Assembly: GCA_964016885.1 (NCBI GenBank)
Contig: OZ024742.1
Coordinates: 198,214,001-198,278,000, forward strand
DNA length: 64,000 nucleotides
Reading direction: 5' to 3'
DNA from: Eledone cirrhosa
Taxonomy: Eukaryota
Shown: positions 59,433-64,000 of the stretch, piece by piece
Layout: every line of letters begins with the position of its first letter
How positions within the stretch are numbered: the stretch's first letter is position 1
Notes under the pieces: model-generated
Databases searched by the model: none
What the model was told of the DNA's origin: nothing
The model's input: only the letters and a program-made list of their open reading frames with translations
Position numbers and translations under genes: made by a program

Positions 59433-59638
59433 TTAACCCTTTTGATACCAACCTACCCAGAATGATCTCTGCTTCTATGAAATAAAAACCTATTTTGATT
59501 TTAAAGGTTTCCTACTGAAAACTTTCCAACATAATTTTATGTTACAAATGCCATCTTAATGAAATCTTTCCCAAATTCTTCATTAATTAATTAAGATACA
59601 AAGTATTTCATTAGAAATATGCTAATGAAAAGGGTTAA
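59433..59638. mobile_element. piggyBac-type MITE (family B)
   Basis: TTAA-ccctttt ... aaaaggg-TTAA. Related copies near 45330-46080 and 49391-49629. Confidence 0.8.
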
Positions 59639-59991
59639 AAAGACGAAAGGAAAGGACCCTTTTTATCATGACTGGGTATTGCACAAACCTAAGTAAGGTG
59701 TTTTGTGAAAGACTAGCAGTTACTCATGCATGCAAGTCTCCCCTCTTCACAGCACCAATGTTGTCCAAGAGAAAAGCTAAGACCAACACAGCTTGGCACC
59801 AGTGATGTTGCAACTCATTTTTCCAGCTGAATAAACTGGAGCAACGCGAAATAAAATGTCTTGCTCAAAGATAGCATGCATCACCAGTCTAGGAATCAAA
59901 TTCACAACCTTAAGATCATGAGCACAGCAGTCTAACCACTAGCACATTCACAGAGATATAGATAGATATCACAGAAACCACTTCCTTTGAA

Positions 59992-60201
59992 TCATCATCA
60001 TCATCATCATCATCACCGTTTTACGTCCGTTCTTCCACGCTAGCATGGGTTAGACGGGTTGTCCTGTTGTGGGCAGTGTCTGGTCGGCTGACCATGCCTT
60101 GCTCATACAGGAACTGATTTTGGCTTGATTTCTACAGCTGGATGCCCTTCCTAACACCAACCTCATTTACAGTGAGTGCTGGGTGCTTTTTCGTGGCGCC
60201 T
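59992..60201 (-). mobile_element. RTE-family 3' tail copy
   Basis: Nearly identical to 35515-35720. Confidence 0.85.
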
Positions 60202-61365
60202 TTTCGTGCCCTCCCTATCACCAAATATGAACAGAGTACAGTTTATTGTACCACCAACACTAGGGATGTTGCTTATCAGGATTTAAGGGTTCTTTCTATC
60301 GTGTATCCATTTTTATTCAGAGCTGCTTTCCTAGATGCTACGGCTTACAGAGTCCACACAGTAACCATGCCTGACAAGCTGTATTTTATTAATTAGAAAT
60401 GGATTTACTCCAGCATAACAATATCTTATGAACTACGCTATATTTCATATACTCTTGGGTCCCAAATAATGGGTGGGTGGGTGTTTGGGTTTATAATCGG
60501 TAATTTTTCTAGGTTGTCTCCCTTGATTTAAAAAAAAACCCCCAGAATTAGTCGTTTAGTTTACATATTGAGACCCCAACCCACCCTATTTATTTTATAA
60601 CTTATAAGATTTCTTGTAATGTATTTTGTCATGTATAATGTTTATTATTAATGTCTAAAGAAAATTAATTATCACAGGAATACTACAACTTAAAATAAAA
60701 TTTAGGCAAAGAATGATTAGCAAAATTTAATAAGTGGCAAGGTGGGAGTGGACAAAATTTGAAAATAAGGAGGGGATGATTATTTGAGGCCCAGGAGAAT
60801 TTGGAGCGATTTACTAAAATTATTAATTATTTCATTATTAAGATAGTATTTATAACATAACTTAACAAATGGTTCTTATATAATATAAAATTATGTTTTA
60901 CAATATTGATTTATATTGGAACTCTTAAAAATGGCTTGCTTTGTTTCACAAAACAAGAGCCTAGTTTGGGGATAATGTTGGTACCAAAAGGTCTAAATAT
61001 ATTCATGAATAATTCTAACATCAACAGTAACAATATCAGTAGCAACAACAGTATCATCATCCCCAACAATAGTAACAACATTAACAGCAAAAACAAGTGA
61101 CAACATAAAAAACACCAACAGTAACAACACCAACAACAGTAGTATCAGCATCATCACCACCACCACCATCAACAACCACAACAATGAGAACATTAACAAC
61201 ACCAACAACAACAGTAAGAACACTAACATCAACAAAACCAACAACAGTAGTGGCACTAACACCATCATCACCATCACCACTACCAGCACCATCATCTCCA
61301 CTATCAACCAACAACCACAACAGTATGAACAACACAAACTATGAAATGATGTGAGAGTCACTTAC

Positions 61366-61461
61366 ATTATTCTCCAAAATAGATTTAAAAATGTGGGACA
61401 GCAGAGGTTGGAAGACTTGGGGAGCTTCCAGGGGAAATGATTGGAAAATTAGTTCAACTGC
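61366..61461 (-). CDS. IPO11: Importin-11 coding exon (AVELIFQSFPLEAPQVFQPLLSHIFKSILENN); earlier exons lie beyond the window end
   Basis: aaacag|GCA acceptor and AAT|gtaagt donor, 96 nt, phase 0/0. Resembles vertebrate IPO11 from recall (GPQMFQPILPYVFKGII) and is in frame with the downstream exons. Confidence 0.85.
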
Positions 61462-62049
61462 CTGTTTAAATAGAAGAAAAATAGCACATTAACCTTTGAC
61501 TGCACATACACCTCACTAATTTAATCACATTATTAACTCTTAATCTAATGATTGGAGGACTGCAGGACTGTGTCAGGGTTATTTTTTCTGAAGATGTTAT
61601 TAAAATAAGTTGGATTACTTTGAATAAATAATGAATGAATATTATGTAATTTATCTAAATTTCGTAGCTGTTGATTAAACATAAATATGCTTATATATAA
61701 TGTATTTTAAGATTCATGTTAAGATTCAAATGTTTACTCTTCCAGTTAGCACCCATTATATCTTAACACTTAGCCGTATATCAACATTATATAAAATTCA
61801 TATACTTGCATCATTATGTAAGGTTTATAACTTCCATCTCTAATTTTCTCCCTTTACGTTTTCATAAAATGTTGCCGTAATGCAGTTTATATATAATATT
61901 GTCTTTTTTAAATGTATCATGGATTACTTTACTGATTACAGAAGAGAGTGTAACACAGTCTCTCTTCAATTTCTGTGTATATTCTCAATTACGATTTTAT
62001 TTTACGTATCATATCTCTCTCCCCTGCTTCCTTTCCTCCACCCACACTT

Positions 62050-63050
62050 GCTCCACCCTGGTGAGCAGCATCCTCTCCTCTTCAGCATGGACTAGTTTCA
62101 ACAGGGAGTTGGGTGAAGCTCTCCAGCAACGGAGTGAGTTGGGCTTGTCTCCTCCTGAGAAGGTGGAGGATAGTCGAAGTCAGAGAGCTTGGGACAGCAT
62201 AAGTTCGAAGGCCACCTTCGACTCCCTCTTCGTCCAGTCAGATCAGTTTGCAAGGTGCCGCTTACTATCTGCCAGTGACAAATACTCAGGCGACTGGGTC
62301 GATGCCCTACCCGTGGCCAACGTCGGTGGCCTACTCAGCCTGGACGAACTTCGTGTCTCCATCGCCCTCAGAGTGGGAGCTGACGTCTGCATGGGTTTGA
62401 GGTGCCGATGCGGCAAACTCCTTGACTTCACAGGCCTCCATGGTCTTTCTGGTCACCTGAATGCCAGCCACTTCACGCGTCACACGGAGCTAAACCTCAT
62501 TCTCAAGAGAGCTTTAGCCCGGGCGAACATCCCCTCAATCTTAGAACCTTCTGGGTTGTCCAGAAGTGACGGCAAAAGACCTGACGGCCTTACCCTGTAC
62601 CCCTGGTCGAGAGGCAGGTGCCTTGTCTGGGACGCCACTGTTAGTAACTATTTTGCTCTTTCCCACATCGTGGATGCTGCGGTTAGGACGAGGGCCACAG
62701 CTTCTGCAGCCAAGCGGAGTAAGACCCTCAAATACTCTGATCTGTCAGCCAGCTACATTTTTCAGCCTGTGGCTTTCGAGACATTTGGGGGAGTTGGTCC
62801 GCTGACTGTGAGGTTCCTCTCTTCACTGGCGGCTCGCCTAATAGAGGTAACTGGCGAATCTCGCGAGCGTGCTTAGTTGTTCCAATGCATTAGCCTCGCC
62901 ATCACCCGAGGCAACGCTGTGAGTGTGCTGGCTTGCCTTAAAAATCATTAGAGAGGTTGCCCAGTACCCCTCACTGCTGTCTTTTGCTTTGGTGTTGGCT
63001 CGGTTGTTCACCCCTTCCTTTACATTTTCTTTAATATTGTAACATTAAAA
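62050..63050 (+). mobile_element. CRE-like non-LTR retrotransposon 3' portion with restriction-like endonuclease
   Basis: SGDWVDALP, CRCG...HGLS, RHTELN, EPSGL..DGKRPDG..PW..G.CLVWDATV, K..KY, FQPVAFETFGG. Premature stop at 62874-62876. Confidence 0.85.
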
Positions 63051-63239
63051 AGAATATATCTTACTGCAAGAATCACGAGCAATTTATAATGTTATCTAAG
63101 CATTTGTAATGTTATTTATGTATATATTTAAAACTTATTTGTTATGTTATTCTACTGTAAATTTATTCATATGCTCTGTTTATATTTTCATTCTGAAAGA
63201 ATTGCAAACAATTTGTAATGTTATTTATACAACTGTGAA

Positions 63240-63394
63240 TCTGTTAGAACACGAAAAGTGTGAAACAACAGAATGTTCACTTTTCGTGTTCTAACATATA
63301 TGCCTAACTTCTTCATAAATTTTCCCGGGATAGCCGTGGTGGTGGTGATCGTATGTCATTGGCTAATTTTCAACCAATCAGAGTAAGTGTTGAG

Positions 63395-63447
<53 letters not shown>

Positions 63448-64000
63448 TATTCCCCCTCTCTCTATATATATCTTACGCTTTCGCTTTACACTCCTCCCCT
63501 TCAATAACACATTTCCCCCTCTCTATATATCTCTTATACTGTTACACTTATATTTCCATTTATTTATTTCCCCCTCTCTCTATATCTCTTCCACTGTTAC
63601 TTACGCCTGTTTCTCTCTATCTGTTCCGTCTCTATATATATCTCTCTTACTCTTTCGCTTTGCACTCCTCCCCTTCAATACCATCTCTCCCCCTCTCTAT
63701 ATATTTGTTACTCTATCGCTGCACGCTCCTCTCCTTCAATATATCAATTACACACTTACGCTTTACACTCCTTTATCCCCAGCGCCCCTATATATATACC
63801 CCCCCCCCCCCCCCCGCATCTATATTTTAATGTTCCGTTGCACCGTGAATATATGTGTCTATATATATATACATATATATTGTATATACACATTCATGTA
63901 TGTGTATACACACTCATGTATGTATATACACTGGTTTTATGTGTGTATTGTAAATTTGTACTGTTAAAACACGAAACTAACATTCGATTGACACTTTGAT
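63240..64000 (+). mobile_element. Second copy of the Helitron-like element (runs off the window end)
   Basis: Reverse complement of 21990-22661, with the same A|TC end and terminal hairpin (63242-63296). Confidence 0.6.

Noticed and set aside
60993-61361. Hydrophobic Val/Leu-rich ORF resembling a membrane protein (similar at 7253-7561 and 48010-48450)
   Set aside because: Low-complexity triplet or purine-rich repeats in intronic, UTR or intergenic DNA.

Overview
AT-rich, repeat-dense animal genomic DNA. The SINE/RTE/Penelope repertoire and the multi-kb (TA)n/(TACA)n tracts suggest an octopus or other coleoid cephalopod (inference). One host gene is recognisable: the last six coding exons of importin-11 (IPO11) on the minus strand (61461 to 48476). 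They splice in frame at GT-AG sites into a 222-aa C-terminus, and there is a candidate 18-nt in-frame microexon. The rest is TE-derived: a young CR1-group LINE with an uninterrupted RT ORF, Neptune- and Naiad-like Penelope fragments, RTE, L1/Tx1 and CRE-like fragments, a Chapaev3-like transposase relic, piggyBac- and mariner-type MITEs, a probable non-autonomous Helitron and two tRNA-SINE families. The most striking hidden signal is a high density of type I hammerhead ribozyme motifs. It includes a 316-317 bp tandem array (23346-24505) whose four copies each carry a minus-strand hammerhead with a compensated U3:A8 core, i.e. a retrozyme-like, potentially circRNA-producing locus. Most long ORFs in the ORF track are microsatellite artefacts.
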